Origin: Armatimonadota bacterium
GTDB taxonomy: Bacteria > Armatimonadota > UBA5829 > DTLH01
Direction of reading: 5' to 3'
Assembly (NCBI GenBank): GCA_039679675.1
Contig: JBDKUN010000009.1
Coordinates: 1 to 64,000 of the forward strand
Length of the DNA stretch: 64,000 nucleotides
Shown here: one piece after another, positions 52,342 to 62,645 of the stretch
Numbering within the stretch: position 1 is the first letter of the stretch
Layout of the letters: the number at the start of each line of letters is the position of its first letter
Made by a program: the position numbers and the translations under genes
The notes under the pieces: model-generated
What the model was told of the DNA's origin: nothing
Seen by the model: the letters and a program-made list of their open reading frames with translations, nothing else
Databases searched by the model: none

Positions 52342-53889
52342 GTGCACTTTTTGATAAGCACAGTCGTGTTTTTTATCGTGCTCGGCGTGCTCGTGCTCGT
52401 CCATGAGTTCGGCCACTTCATTGTAGCCAAACTCACCGGGATGAAGGTGCATGAGTTCGCGTTCGGGTTCGGTCCGATACTTCTCAGGCTGTTCAAGCGC
52501 GGCGGCACTGAATATACAATCCATGCCATCCCTGCAGGCGGTTTTGTCCGCATTGCCGGTATGGACCCGGGCGAAGATATGGCTGTCGAAGGCGGGTTCA
52601 ACACAAAACCCATCTGGAAGCGCGCGCTGGTTATCTTTGCAGGGCCGTTTATGAGCCTGGTGCTGGGTTATATCGTGCTCCTTATGATGGGGTTTGTGTG
52701 GGGAATCGGAGTCACCGGAACGGCTATATACAAATTGCCGGAAGCCTCACCTGCTGCGGTAGCAGGGATGCAAAAAGGTGATGTAATTGTTTCCGTAGAC
52801 GGAAAGCGTGTATACGACGGTTACGAACTGAGAAAAACTATCAACGGCGGCACAGGCAAGATAACGACGGTCGTTGCGGAACGAAAAGGCGAGCAGAAGA
52901 CATTTAGAATCAAGCCGATAATCGTCAGCATAAGGAAAATCGGAGTCATGCTTGATGACTCCAAACAAGTTATCAGGCAGGTAGCGGACGGCTCCGTCGC
53001 CGCGAAAGCCGGTTTGCGAAAAGGCGATGTAATATCATCTGTAGAAAACGCCAAGGGCGGCGGGACGAATGTCATCGTCAAGCGGAATGGCAAAGGCAAA
53101 GACCAGAAACTCAATGTCAAGTCGGAAATCACCGACCTTGACAGCTTCAAGAGGATCGGTGTTGTGCTTTGCGACCTTAAAACGACCGTAACTCAAGTGC
53201 AAGCTGGCTCCCCGGCTGCCAAAGCCGGACTTCTTAAAGGTGATGTGTTAGTCTCGGTGGACGGGAAGAAGACTCCCACCAGCGACGACTTTGAGCAAGT
53301 CCTCAGCACCAGTGAAAAACCGGTTTCTACATTGGTAGTTGATCGCAGGGGAAAACAGATAACGTTCGAAGTAAGGCCCAAGTTGTTCCAGCGGTCCATT
53401 GCAAGGCAAATAGGGATAATTCTCAACCAGAAGATGGTTTATACAAGGTTATTCAAGCAAAAGACCAAAGAAACCGGCAACACTGTATATACCAACTTGT
53501 TCGGCGGGATCAAAATCGGTACTGTCGAGACATATAGATTTACAGCTGATACCATTCAGGGGTTGTTCAGCAAGCAGATAAAGAACGCCGGCGGCATAGT
53601 CGCAATCGGTGTAGTGACCGGGCAGGCTGTAAAAAGTGGTATTCAGAGCATTTTCTTCCTCTTGGCGATGCTTTCTATCAGCCTTGCAGTCATTAACCTG
53701 GTACCGTTGATGGTACTCGACGGAGGACACCTGCTCCTTCTCCTCATAGAGAAGATCAGGGGCAAACCGCTCGATCCCCAAAAATGGTATTTAGTTCAAT
53801 CTGTCGGGCTTTTCATCATCATCGGACTTGCAGTATTTATGGTAGGTTACGATTTGTCGAGACTCGACATGTGGTCTAATTTTAAGTGA
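52342..53889 (+). CDS. rseP: RIP metalloprotease RseP with multiple PDZ domains
   Basis: HEFGH, NLVP..LDGG; three GxxxGD PDZ-like repeats. Confidence 0.93.
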   Translation: MHFLISTVVFFIVLGVLVLVHEFGHFIVAKLTGMKVHEFAFGFGPILLRLFKRGGTEYTIHAIPAGGFVRIAGMDPGEDMAVEGGFNTKPIWKRALVIFAGPFMSLVLGYIVLLMMGFVWGIGVTGTAIYKLPEASPAAVAGMQKGDVIVSVDGKRVYDGYELRKTINGGTGKITTVVAERKGEQKTFRIKPIIVSIRKIGVMLDDSKQVIRQVADGSVAAKAGLRKGDVISSVENAKGGGTNVIVKRNGKGKDQKLNVKSEITDLDSFKRIGVVLCDLKTTVTQVQAGSPAAKAGLLKGDVLVSVDGKKTPTSDDFEQVLSTSEKPVSTLVVDRRGKQITFEVRPKLFQRSIARQIGIILNQKMVYTRLFKQKTKETGNTVYTNLFGGIKIGTVETYRFTADTIQGLFSKQIKNAGGIVAIGVVTGQAVKSGIQSIFFLLAMLSISLAVINLVPLMVLDGGHLLLLLIEKIRGKPLDPQKWYLVQSVGLFIIIGLAVFMVGYDLSRLDMWSNFK

Positions 53890-54950
53890 TGATAGAGAGA
53901 AGAAAAACAAAAACAGTTAATGTCGGGGGCGTTGCTATCGGTGGTGACGCTCCCGTTTCCATCCAGTCTATGACTACGACGGATACGCGCGACGCTAAAG
54001 CGACCATAGAGCAGATTAAGCGTCTGGAAGATGCCGGGTGCGACATTGTAAGAGTCGCAGTGCCTGATAAGGAAGCTGCTTCTGCCTTATCTGAAATTAA
54101 AAAAGGCATTGAAATCCCTCTTGTCGCCGATATACACTTCGACTACCGGCTCGCGCTAATGGCGCTTGAGGCCGGGGTCGATAAGCTCCGCATCAATCCG
54201 GGGAATATCGGCTCCCGCGAGCGCGTGGAGGCAGTTGCAAGGGCTGCTAAGGAGCGCGGCGTGCCGATTCGGATCGGCGCAAACGTCGGATCGATAGACA
54301 AAGAGCGTTACGGCCAGCCGACAGCCGAGACGCTTGCCCAGAGCGCGCTCGATCAGGTCAAAGTCCTCGAAGGACTGGATTTTACGGATATAGTTATCTC
54401 TCTGAAGTCGTTCGATGTGCCGATGTCTGTAGGAGCTTATAGAATCGTATCGAAAACCGTGCCTTACCCGCTTCACCTTGGGATTACCGAGGCAGGGCTG
54501 CCCTGGGAAGGGACAATACGCTCGGCGGTAGGAATCGGGGCTATGCTTGCAGAAGGTATCGGTGATACTTTGCGTGTATCGCTTACCGGCGACCCGGTGG
54601 AAGAGGTTGCAGTCGGGATAGAAATCCTGTCGGCGCTGAACTTAAGGAAAAAGCCGTATACTATAGTCTCCTGCCCGACCTGCGGGAGATGCAATATAAA
54701 CCTTGCCGGTATAGCGGGCGAAGTCCGGCGCCGTTTGGCGGAGAACCCGCCGTCCAGGCCCTTGAAAATAGCTGTAATGGGCTGCACAGTGAACGGCCCA
54801 GGCGAGGCTTCAATGGCCGATGTCGGAATAGCGGGCGGAGCTGGTATCGGGCTGCTGTTTTCCCGTGGAAAAATACTCCGCAGAGTCGATGAAAATCAGC
54901 TCGTGGATGAACTTATGAAGGAAATAGAGGGACTTGAGCGAAATACGTAA
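53886..54950 (+). CDS. ispG: (E)-4-hydroxy-3-methylbut-2-enyl diphosphate synthase
   Basis: IQSMT, RINPGN, CPTCGR, MGCTVNGPGE. Confidence 0.98.
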   Translation: MMIERRKTKTVNVGGVAIGGDAPVSIQSMTTTDTRDAKATIEQIKRLEDAGCDIVRVAVPDKEAASALSEIKKGIEIPLVADIHFDYRLALMALEAGVDKLRINPGNIGSRERVEAVARAAKERGVPIRIGANVGSIDKERYGQPTAETLAQSALDQVKVLEGLDFTDIVISLKSFDVPMSVGAYRIVSKTVPYPLHLGITEAGLPWEGTIRSAVGIGAMLAEGIGDTLRVSLTGDPVEEVAVGIEILSALNLRKKPYTIVSCPTCGRCNINLAGIAGEVRRRLAENPPSRPLKIAVMGCTVNGPGEASMADVGIAGGAGIGLLFSRGKILRRVDENQLVDELMKEIEGLERNT

Positions 54951-55389
54951 AGCAAAGATTACCGATGTATCTGCCATGCAGAAGTTGATAAACGACTTCG
55001 CGGACCGGGGCGATATGCTGCACAGGTCGTTGAACGATCTGTACGAGAATATCAGAGATTTTTATGTGCTCGAAACCGGCGGGCAGGTGAAGGGCTGCTG
55101 CGCGCTTCACGTCAGTTGGGGCGACTTGGCGGAAGTCAAGGCGCTGGTCGTAGCCGATGAGCTCCAAGGCCAGGGCTGGGGCAGACGGCTCGTGGAGAAG
55201 TGCGTTGCGGACGCCCGTGAACTCAGCATCCCGAAGGTATTTACGCTCACTTATAAGCCAGGGTTCTTCGTGAAGGTCGGCTTTGCGAAGATAGACATGG
55301 ACAATCTGCCGAGAAAAATCTGGTCCGAGTGCATCAATTGTCCGAAATACCCGGACTGCGGCGAAGAAGCGCTGGTCAGAGAAGCATAG
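54934..55389 (+). CDS. GNAT N-acetyltransferase (short ArgA-like)
   Basis: LYENIRDF, LAEVKALVV, QGQGWG, KIWSECINCPK. Confidence 0.88.
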   Translation: MSEIRKAKITDVSAMQKLINDFADRGDMLHRSLNDLYENIRDFYVLETGGQVKGCCALHVSWGDLAEVKALVVADELQGQGWGRRLVEKCVADARELSIPKVFTLTYKPGFFVKVGFAKIDMDNLPRKIWSECINCPKYPDCGEEALVREA

Positions 55390-55395
55390 TTAATT

Positions 55396-55725
55396 ATGAA
55401 GCAGAATATCCAACTCGATGCATCTGTGCTCAATGATCTGGTGGAACGAATATTGGATGTATCTCATCCATCGAAGATCATTCTCTTCGGCTCGGCTGCG
55501 CGCGGCGAGTTAAAGACGGAAAGCGATCTTGATGTGCTGGTAATAATGCCTGATGGCAACAACCGAAATGAGACTGCAAAGAAGATATATCGCAACCTGA
55601 TCGGCTTCAGTATTGCTGTGGATGTAGTTGTTGCTACTGAGACCGATGTACGCCGGTTTGGGGACAAACGAAGTCTGGTTTATTATCCTGCACTGCGTGA
55701 AGGAAGGGAACTTTATGCCGCCTGA
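55396..55725 (+). CDS. Minimal nucleotidyltransferase (MNT antitoxin-like)
   Basis: IILFGSAARG...SDLDVLVI; ALREGRELY. Confidence 0.9.
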   Translation: MKQNIQLDASVLNDLVERILDVSHPSKIILFGSAARGELKTESDLDVLVIMPDGNNRNETAKKIYRNLIGFSIAVDVVVATETDVRRFGDKRSLVYYPALREGRELYAA

Positions 55726-55879
55726 GCAAATTGAGCCGGGAAGTGCTGCCGAACTGACCAGCTATGCTGTGCATATGCGTTATCCCAGCACTGCCGAAGA
55801 GGCAACTGAAGGTGATTATAAACAGGCTATCAAGATCGCCAAAGCGGTGTTGAGGTGGGCTGAACAAATTATTAAGTAA
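55715..55879 (+). pseudogene. Internally deleted HEPN-domain gene
   Basis: MPPEQ N-terminus joined directly to the HEPN C-terminal LTSYAVHMRYP...AVLRWAE; only 54 aa; overlaps MNT stop. Confidence 0.7.
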
Positions 55880-55952
55880 CATATAGAGTTAGTGAATGGA
55901 GGAATAGCCGCCAGATTTGCTGATTGCTGACGGCTGATAACTGATAGCTAAA

Positions 55953-57689
55953 ATGAGAGCAACGCAATTATTTTTTCCGACACTGAGAGAAGTCCCTGCC
56001 GAGGCGGAAATCGCAAGCCACAGGCTGCTTCTGCGCGGCGGATTCATTCGAAAACTTGCTGCAGGCGTTTACTCGTACCTGCCGCTCGGCTATAAGGTCA
56101 TAAAAAAGATAGAGGGCATAATCCGTGAAGAGACGGATGCAGCAGGCGGACAGGAACTGCTCATGCCTGCGCTTCAGCCTGCCGAACTCTGGCAGGAGTC
56201 CGGCAGGTGGGACGTGGATGTCCTCTACAAGCTGGAAGACCGGTCAAACCGCTGGCATGGGCTCGGCATGACGCATGAAGAGGTCGTAACCGATATAGCG
56301 CGCCACGATATACGGTCATACCGCCAGCTCCCACTCAATCTCTACCAGATTCAGACTAAGTTCAGGGACGAGCCTAGGCCGAGGGGCGGGGTCATCCGGG
56401 GCCGCGAGTTCATAATGCTCGATTCCTACACATTCGACCGGACTGATGAAGAACTCGACCTGTCTTATCATAAGATGTATGTCGCTTTCTCCCGCGCGTA
56501 TGCGAGGTGCGGGGTCGATTTCCTCGTTGTGGAGGCAGAATCAGGCGCAATCGGCGGCAAGGACAACCAGGAGTTTACCGTTCCGGCTTCGGCAGGCGAG
56601 GATATAATCCTGCACTGCAAAAATTGCAACTATGCAGCCAACTCCGAACGTGCGGAGATTGCCGACAGGGGTTATGCGCCCTCGACGGATGCCCAAAAGC
56701 CACTGACAGCGCTCGATACACCCGGCGCAAAGACCATAGAGCAGGTGACAGGGTTCCTGAAGGCGTCGCCGAAGAAACTCGTCAAGACGCTTCTCTACCT
56801 GGCTGACGGAAAGCCGGTCGCGGCGCTTATAAGAGGCGACAGAGAGCTTAACGAAGCCAAATTCAGCCGCGCAATCGGAGCCGAAAAGCTCGAAATGGCT
56901 GATCCGGAGACGATCCAAAGAGTGACAAAAGCGGAAGTCAGGTTTTCCGGCCCTGTCGGGCTGTCCGGTGTTGCCATATACGCAGATTATGAGATCCGCG
57001 CGATGGCGAATTTCATCACGGGGGCCAACAAGACGGATACTCATTATGTCAATGTCAACATCGACCGCGATTTCAAGGTGGACCAGTGGGCTGATCTGCG
57101 GGTGGCGTCGGAAGGCGATCCATGTCCGAGGTGCGAAGGCACGCTCGACGCAGTGAGGGGAATAGAGATCGGGCATATCTTCAAGCTTGGAACCAAATAC
57201 TCCAAGACGCTCGATGCTACCTTCATTGACGAGGACGGACAGGAAAAGAACTTCATAATGGGATGCTACGGGCTTGGCGTCTCAAGGCTCCTTGCAGCTA
57301 TTCCTGAAGCAAATCATGACAAAGACGGTATCGTCTGGCCGATTTCCATCGCGCCGTTCGAAGCTGTAGTGCTGCTTCTGAACCCAGAGGACGAAACGCA
57401 GGCGCAGGCAGCCGCGCGGGTTTATGAGGAGCTTGAGGGGCGAGGCGTAGACGTGCTTCTGGATGACCGCGACGAGCGCTCAGGAGTGAAATTCAAGGAC
57501 TCAGATCTCATCGGAATCCCGGTGCAGATAGTCGTCGGCAGGCTCGCATCTGAAGGCAAGGTAGAAGTAAGACTGCGGCGCAATAAGGAAAGCCGGGAAT
57601 TGACGCTCGATCAGGCGACAGATGAGATTACGGCTTTGATTGAATCCGAAAAGCGCCTACTTCTCGACGTAGCGGATAAATATAGATAG
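55953..57689 (+). CDS. proS: Proline-tRNA ligase
   Basis: PTLREVPAEAE, KFRDEPRPR, IEIGHIFKLG, MGCYGLGVSR, INS editing domain. Confidence 0.98.
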   Translation: MRATQLFFPTLREVPAEAEIASHRLLLRGGFIRKLAAGVYSYLPLGYKVIKKIEGIIREETDAAGGQELLMPALQPAELWQESGRWDVDVLYKLEDRSNRWHGLGMTHEEVVTDIARHDIRSYRQLPLNLYQIQTKFRDEPRPRGGVIRGREFIMLDSYTFDRTDEELDLSYHKMYVAFSRAYARCGVDFLVVEAESGAIGGKDNQEFTVPASAGEDIILHCKNCNYAANSERAEIADRGYAPSTDAQKPLTALDTPGAKTIEQVTGFLKASPKKLVKTLLYLADGKPVAALIRGDRELNEAKFSRAIGAEKLEMADPETIQRVTKAEVRFSGPVGLSGVAIYADYEIRAMANFITGANKTDTHYVNVNIDRDFKVDQWADLRVASEGDPCPRCEGTLDAVRGIEIGHIFKLGTKYSKTLDATFIDEDGQEKNFIMGCYGLGVSRLLAAIPEANHDKDGIVWPISIAPFEAVVLLLNPEDETQAQAAARVYEELEGRGVDVLLDDRDERSGVKFKDSDLIGIPVQIVVGRLASEGKVEVRLRRNKESRELTLDQATDEITALIESEKRLLLDVADKYR

Positions 57690-57693
57690 CTAC

Positions 57694-58353
57694 ATGACGA
57701 ACAATGAACTGATCACAATGGTGCTCAGACTGCTTTTAGCGGTTGTGCTCGGCGGGCTGATCGGGCTGGAGCGGGAGGCTCACGGCAGGCCTGCGGGGCT
57801 CCGCACGCATATACTTGTCTCGCTTGGGGCGGCGCTCTTTACGATAATCTCGCAGTCATATACGGGCGCAAGATCAGACCCAAGCCGGATTGCAAGCCAG
57901 ATTGTAAGCGGAATAGGTTTTCTGGGAGCCGGGACGATTATCCGGCAGGGGAGCATCATCCGTGGCCTGACGACAGCCGCAAGCCTTTGGACAACAGCCG
58001 CCATCGGGATGGCCGTAGGCGCGGGCGGTTCACTTATCTATCTTGCGATTGTTTCGAGCGTCATCGTATTCCTGACCTTGAGCATAATAAGCCGTCTTGA
58101 GAACGCAATGATCAGCAGGCAGAGTGTAAGGGATCTGGTTGTTGTTTTTTCGCAGGGCAGAGCCGGTGTAATGAGTGTACTGGAGGCCTTCAGCAGATAC
58201 GGAGTAACGGTCACAGGAGTCCGAAGTGAGGAAACGGAATCTGAGGCTGTCGAAACCCGGTTCAGCGTGAGGCTTCCTGCGGGGATCGATATATCGGCCA
58301 TTAACCATGATCTGGTCGCGCTTTCCGAGATCAGATCGTTTACGTGGGACTAA
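57694..58353 (+). CDS. MgtC/SapB family membrane protein
   Basis: GLERE..GRPAGLRTH, DPSRIASQIVSGIGFLGAG, GLTTAASLW. Confidence 0.95.
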   Translation: MTNNELITMVLRLLLAVVLGGLIGLEREAHGRPAGLRTHILVSLGAALFTIISQSYTGARSDPSRIASQIVSGIGFLGAGTIIRQGSIIRGLTTAASLWTTAAIGMAVGAGGSLIYLAIVSSVIVFLTLSIISRLENAMISRQSVRDLVVVFSQGRAGVMSVLEAFSRYGVTVTGVRSEETESEAVETRFSVRLPAGIDISAINHDLVALSEIRSFTWD

Positions 58354-58398
58354 TAAAGCGCAATCGAATGCAGCATCCCAGACGTATATAGAAGTAAT

Positions 58399-58893
58399 AT
58401 GAAACTCTATTACACGATTGTTGAAACGCCTTTCGGCTGGTTACTGGCGGTGTGGAGGGACGGTAAACTGATCAAAATCAACCTCCCGAAGCCGACAAGA
58501 GAGGCAGCCCTGGCAGAAGCGCCTGATGGGGCAGCCGAATCTTCGGATGGGTTTGGCGACTTCGTCGAACGTCTGCGTCTCTATTTCAATGGAGAAGCGG
58601 TCGATTTTTCCGATGTTCCTGTCGAATTCGATGCGCTTGGGGAATTCGAAGAAAAAGTGCTTCTGGAAGCGATGAAAACGCCGTTCGGCAGGCTCATAAG
58701 CTATGGCGACCTTGCAGCGCTGGCCGGATCGCCCCGCGCAGCGCGCGCCGTCGGAAACGCGATGAGAAAGAACCCCCTGCCGATTGTAGTGCCGTGCCAC
58801 CGGGTGGTGCACAGCGACGGCAGCCTTGGAGGTTACATGGGAGGGCTCGATCTCAAGCGCAAGCTCCTGGCTTTGGAGGGAATTACATTATGA
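58399..58893 (+). CDS. ogt: Methylated-DNA-protein-cysteine methyltransferase
   Basis: AARAVG, NPLPIVVPCHRV. Confidence 0.95.
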   Translation: MKLYYTIVETPFGWLLAVWRDGKLIKINLPKPTREAALAEAPDGAAESSDGFGDFVERLRLYFNGEAVDFSDVPVEFDALGEFEEKVLLEAMKTPFGRLISYGDLAALAGSPRAARAVGNAMRKNPLPIVVPCHRVVHSDGSLGGYMGGLDLKRKLLALEGITL

Positions 58894-59258
58894 ACTTCAT
58901 TATCCGTTGGTTGGGCGGGGTGCTGGCTGCATGGCTTACGATCCAGATCGGTCAAGCGCTTGGTATCGGGTTAAGATGGGGCGGGTTTGTGAAAGCACTG
59001 CTCTTTGTGCTGGTGCTGGGCATCGTGAACGCGGTCATCCGTCCGATAGTCAAGCTATTTACTCTGCCGCTCACCTGTCTCACATTCGGGCTGTTCGCAT
59101 TCGTGCTGAACGCGCTTTTCTTCTGGATCGCGGCGGTATTAACCGGAGGGGTCGAGGTCGAAAATTTCCTGGCTGCGCTTTTCGGCTCGGTGGTGCTCAG
59201 TATATTGAGCGGCATAATCAACAGTTTCGTGAAGTTGAGGCCCAATAGACGGGATTAA
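58890..59258 (+). CDS. YvlD-like 4-TM membrane protein (phage holin family 4_2)
   Basis: GIVNAVIRPIVKLFTLPLTCLTFGLF; ATGA overlap with ogt. Confidence 0.85.
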   Translation: MNFIIRWLGGVLAAWLTIQIGQALGIGLRWGGFVKALLFVLVLGIVNAVIRPIVKLFTLPLTCLTFGLFAFVLNALFFWIAAVLTGGVEVENFLAALFGSVVLSILSGIINSFVKLRPNRRD

Positions 59259-59277
59259 AGATAGTGAGGAATGTAAG

Positions 59278-60165
59278 TTGCATAAACCGCACAAACAGCT
59301 TGTTGTAGTGACCGGAATGTCCGGGGCAGGAAAAACGCTCGCCATACGGACATTCGAGGATCTCAACTATTTCTGTATAGATAACCTGCCTCCTGATCTT
59401 TTGGCGAACCTGGTCAACCTGTGGAAAGAATCGGGAGCGCGGTCCGAGGACCTGGCGATAGTCGTCGATGTCCGCACGGGCCAGTTCTTCGGCGATTTTC
59501 TTCAGGCTTACAAAGAGCTGGCGACCACGCGTGTTGAAGGCTACGGTAAGGCAAAGATACTTTTCCTTGACGCATCCGACCCGGTGCTGGTCCGGCGGTT
59601 CAAGGAGACTCGCAGAAAACACCCGTTGGTGACCGGGGACCGCGGCATTCTTGAAAGCATAAAAGAAGAGCGGAGGCTCCTGGCCGACATCAAGGAGCAG
59701 GCCGATAAGATCGTCGATACCTCCAACCTGGAACCGGAGAGTCTGCGCAGGGAGATCCGCCAGTATTTCGGCTCCAAAAATGCGGGCGAGGGCATGGTGA
59801 TAACCGTAGCTTCGTTCGGATACAAGCACGGTATCCCGCTGGATGCCGATCTGGTGTTCGACGTGCGGTTTCTTGCCAACCCATACTGGGTGAAGAGTCT
59901 ATCCGGGCTCGATGGAACGCATGAGGAAGTGCGCCATTACGTACTTTCCGACCCCATGACGGAACCTCTCATGGAGCGGCTTTGCGGGCTGGTTGAGTTC
60001 TCCATACCGCAATACGAGCAGGAAGGCAAGGCATATCTGACTATCGCCATCGGCTGCACGGGCGGCAGGCACAGGTCGGTTGTAATTGCCAATGAGCTCG
60101 CGCAGTACCTGGCCGCGAGAGGGTCGAATGTTGTCGTAGAACACAGAGATTGCCCGAAAGGCTGA
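59278..60165 (+). CDS. rapZ: RNase adapter RapZ/YvcJ
   Basis: GMSGAGKT, IDNLPP, SFGYKHG, FDVRFL, GCTGGRHRSV. Confidence 0.96.
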   Translation: MHKPHKQLVVVTGMSGAGKTLAIRTFEDLNYFCIDNLPPDLLANLVNLWKESGARSEDLAIVVDVRTGQFFGDFLQAYKELATTRVEGYGKAKILFLDASDPVLVRRFKETRRKHPLVTGDRGILESIKEERRLLADIKEQADKIVDTSNLEPESLRREIRQYFGSKNAGEGMVITVASFGYKHGIPLDADLVFDVRFLANPYWVKSLSGLDGTHEEVRHYVLSDPMTEPLMERLCGLVEFSIPQYEQEGKAYLTIAIGCTGGRHRSVVIANELAQYLAARGSNVVVEHRDCPKG

Positions 60166-60168
60166 CGA

Positions 60169-61464
60169 ATGAAAGGCTTTTGGAGCTCGTTTAAATGGTT
60201 ATATCCGGGGATGAAGGTCAAGCGCTGGCTGATGCTGGTGCCCATCGGCGCGTTTGCGATAGTTGTGGGAGTCGCTCTCCTGGCTAATGTCGCCGTCTTC
60301 GATTACCTCCAGATTATAGCCCACTTCTGCATGGTGCGGTTCGGAATAGACTTGGAACAGCCGGTAACTCTCATTACAGTCAGCACCAGCTTGATGGTCT
60401 TTGGCCTTGCGCTCATATTTGTGGCGATCAGGCAGGTGATCCGCTCCATAATCAGTGTGGTAGACCCGGCAGCGCAGAATAAGCTCGCGGATGTGATATT
60501 TCAGAAACGCTACCTCGCGCAGGGGAACAGAATAGTCGTTATAGGCGGCGGCACCGGCCTTTCCACGATGCTCAGAGGTTTGAAGCAGTATTCCAGCAAC
60601 ATCGTAGCCATAGTAACCGTGACCGACGACGGGGGAAGCTCCGGCGTTCTCCACAGAGAGCTTGGAATGCTGCCTCCGGGGGATATTCGGAACTGTCTTG
60701 TCGCTCTGGCCGATGAAGAACCTCTCATGACGGAGCTTTTTCAATACCGGTTCGACAGCGGAAACAGCTGGCTGCAGGGCCATTCCTTCGGCAACCTGCT
60801 TATCGCCGCTATGACGAACATCACAGGAGATTTTGAGCGGGCTGTCAAAGAGACAAGCAACATTCTGGCCATTCGCGGCCAGGTTCTTCCATCGACGATA
60901 GATGATGTTTCGCTCCATGCAGAGTTGGAAGACGGCACTCTGGCCGATGGGGAGACGAACATCGTCACATCCGGGCAGCCAATCAAGCATATTTTCCTTA
61001 CTCCGGCTGAGGTCAAGCCGCTCGAAGAGACGATACAGGCGATAAAGCTGGCTGATGCCATCGTAATCGGGCCGGGAAGTGTCTACACGAGCATTATCCC
61101 GAACCTTCTGGTTGACGGAATAGCCGATGCGATAGCCGAATCGAATGCTGTGAAGGTTTACGTATGTAATGTGATGACCCAGCCGGGAGAAACGGATGGT
61201 TTTACGGCATCTGAACACGTCTGTGCGCTGGAAAAGCATGTAGGCAGGAAGATATTTAACTATGTCCTGGTCAACCGGCAGGTACCGCACCTCGAACTGC
61301 TCGAAAAATACCGGGGAAAAGGCGCGGAACTCGTCCTGCCGGACGTAGACAAGATCCGCGAGATGGGCTATCGTGCTGTTGTCGGCGATTTTATGAGCCA
61401 GACGGAAGTCGTCCGTCACGACCCGCAGCAGCTCGCCGATGCGATTATGCGGTTGATGTATTAG
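60169..61464 (+). CDS. yvcK: Gluconeogenesis factor YvcK/GlmR with N-terminal TM segment
   Basis: GGGTGLS, DDGGSSG, PPGDIRNC, GPGSVYTS, NVMTQPGET. Confidence 0.94.
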   Translation: MKGFWSSFKWLYPGMKVKRWLMLVPIGAFAIVVGVALLANVAVFDYLQIIAHFCMVRFGIDLEQPVTLITVSTSLMVFGLALIFVAIRQVIRSIISVVDPAAQNKLADVIFQKRYLAQGNRIVVIGGGTGLSTMLRGLKQYSSNIVAIVTVTDDGGSSGVLHRELGMLPPGDIRNCLVALADEEPLMTELFQYRFDSGNSWLQGHSFGNLLIAAMTNITGDFERAVKETSNILAIRGQVLPSTIDDVSLHAELEDGTLADGETNIVTSGQPIKHIFLTPAEVKPLEETIQAIKLADAIVIGPGSVYTSIIPNLLVDGIADAIAESNAVKVYVCNVMTQPGETDGFTASEHVCALEKHVGRKIFNYVLVNRQVPHLELLEKYRGKGAELVLPDVDKIREMGYRAVVGDFMSQTEVVRHDPQQLADAIMRLMY

Positions 61465-61507
61465 CCGGATAGGATTTAGGGATACAGAGATTTGTGACTG
61501 TCGATAG

Positions 61508-61537
61508 AAAAGCGGCGTCAAGCTGCCGCACTCCAAA
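61508..61537. repeat. REP-like palindrome
   Basis: AAAGCGGCGTCAAGCTGCCGCACTCCAAA intergenic hairpin. Confidence 0.55.
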
Positions 61538-61554
61538 GAAAATTGGTAGGATTT

Positions 61555-62154
61555 GTGATCTCGCATAGATTAATACTGGCTTCTGCGTCGCCCAGGCGGC
61601 GGGAACTGCTTTCGCTTATATGTCCGGACTTCGAAGTTGTACCGTCCGGTTTTGACGAATCGAATATGCCGTCCGACCTTTCACCGAAGGATCATGTTAT
61701 TATGTCAGCAAAGGAAAAAGCTCAGGACGTGACGGCAAAAGTGACGGATGGGATTGTTATAGGGTCAGATACGGTAGTCTCTGTCGATGAGCAGATTCTC
61801 GGCAAGCCTCAGGATGAATGCGATGCGGCCCGCATGCTTCGGATGCTCTCCGGCAGGACGCACCATGTCTATACGGGGATACACGTCATAGATATCCGGA
61901 AGGATGAGCGGCGGGAAAGAAGCGATTTTGAGTGCACGGATGTCCGTTTTCGAGAGCTTACCGATAGGATGATCGAACGTTACATCGCAACAGGCGAGCC
62001 GATGGACAAGGCTGGGGCGTATGCGATACAGGGGCGCGGTTCGGTGCTCATAAAAGGCATATCAGGCTGCTATTTTAACGTAGTAGGGCTGCCGGTCTAT
62101 AAGCTTGGACTGATTCTGGAAGAGTTCGGATTGGAGGCGCTTACCTGTAGATGA
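61555..62154 (+). CDS. maf: Maf-family nucleoside triphosphate pyrophosphatase
   Basis: LILASASPRRRELL, GSDTVV, GKP, DKAGAYAIQG, NVVGLP. Confidence 0.96.
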   Translation: MISHRLILASASPRRRELLSLICPDFEVVPSGFDESNMPSDLSPKDHVIMSAKEKAQDVTAKVTDGIVIGSDTVVSVDEQILGKPQDECDAARMLRMLSGRTHHVYTGIHVIDIRKDERRERSDFECTDVRFRELTDRMIERYIATGEPMDKAGAYAIQGRGSVLIKGISGCYFNVVGLPVYKLGLILEEFGLEALTCR

Positions 62155-62573
62155 AAATAGCTGTTATTGATGGCATGGGCGGCGGAATAGGCGCGCAGAT
62201 CGTGTCCCGGCTCAGGCAGATAGTATCGGGCTCGCATCAGCTGATCGCGCTCGGCACGAATGCGGCAGCTACGACAGGGATGATCAAAGCCGGGGCGGAC
62301 ATCGGTGCAACCGGAGAGAACGCCATTGTTGTGACTGTTCCCAGGATGGATGTCATCGTCGGACCGATAGGGATAATCATCCCGAACTCGCTTATGGGTG
62401 AGATCACGCCGGCAGTTGCCGAAACGGTAGCATCAGCCGGAGCGGTCAAGGTTCTGATACCGGTTCAACAGCCGCATGTGGAGATTGTCGGGTTCGAATC
62501 CAGGCCGCTTTCGGCTGCGCTGGATGATGTGGCAGCACGGGTTTCAGAACTTGTATGCAATATGCCAAACTGA
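62151..62573 (+). CDS. DUF3842-family protein
   Basis: IAVIDGMGGGIG, ALGTNAAAT, GATGENA, MGEITP. Confidence 0.85.
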   Translation: MKIAVIDGMGGGIGAQIVSRLRQIVSGSHQLIALGTNAAATTGMIKAGADIGATGENAIVVTVPRMDVIVGPIGIIIPNSLMGEITPAVAETVASAGAVKVLIPVQQPHVEIVGFESRPLSAALDDVAARVSELVCNMPN

Positions 62574-62645
62574 TATAATGTCGGGTAAGTTTATTAGATC
62601 TGGTCGAGCTTAATTACCCAGCCGGCCGAGAGAGGAGAGTTTGCA

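Noticed and set aside
58890..59258. Phage holin indicating a prophage
   Set aside because: YvlD-like family commonly found in the core rapZ-yvcK neighbourhood; no endolysin.
60199..61566. Long antisense ORFs (e.g. 60199-61566, 2109-3323, 3475-4446, 63117-63854)
   Set aside because: Shadow frames opposite well-supported genes; no motifs of their own.
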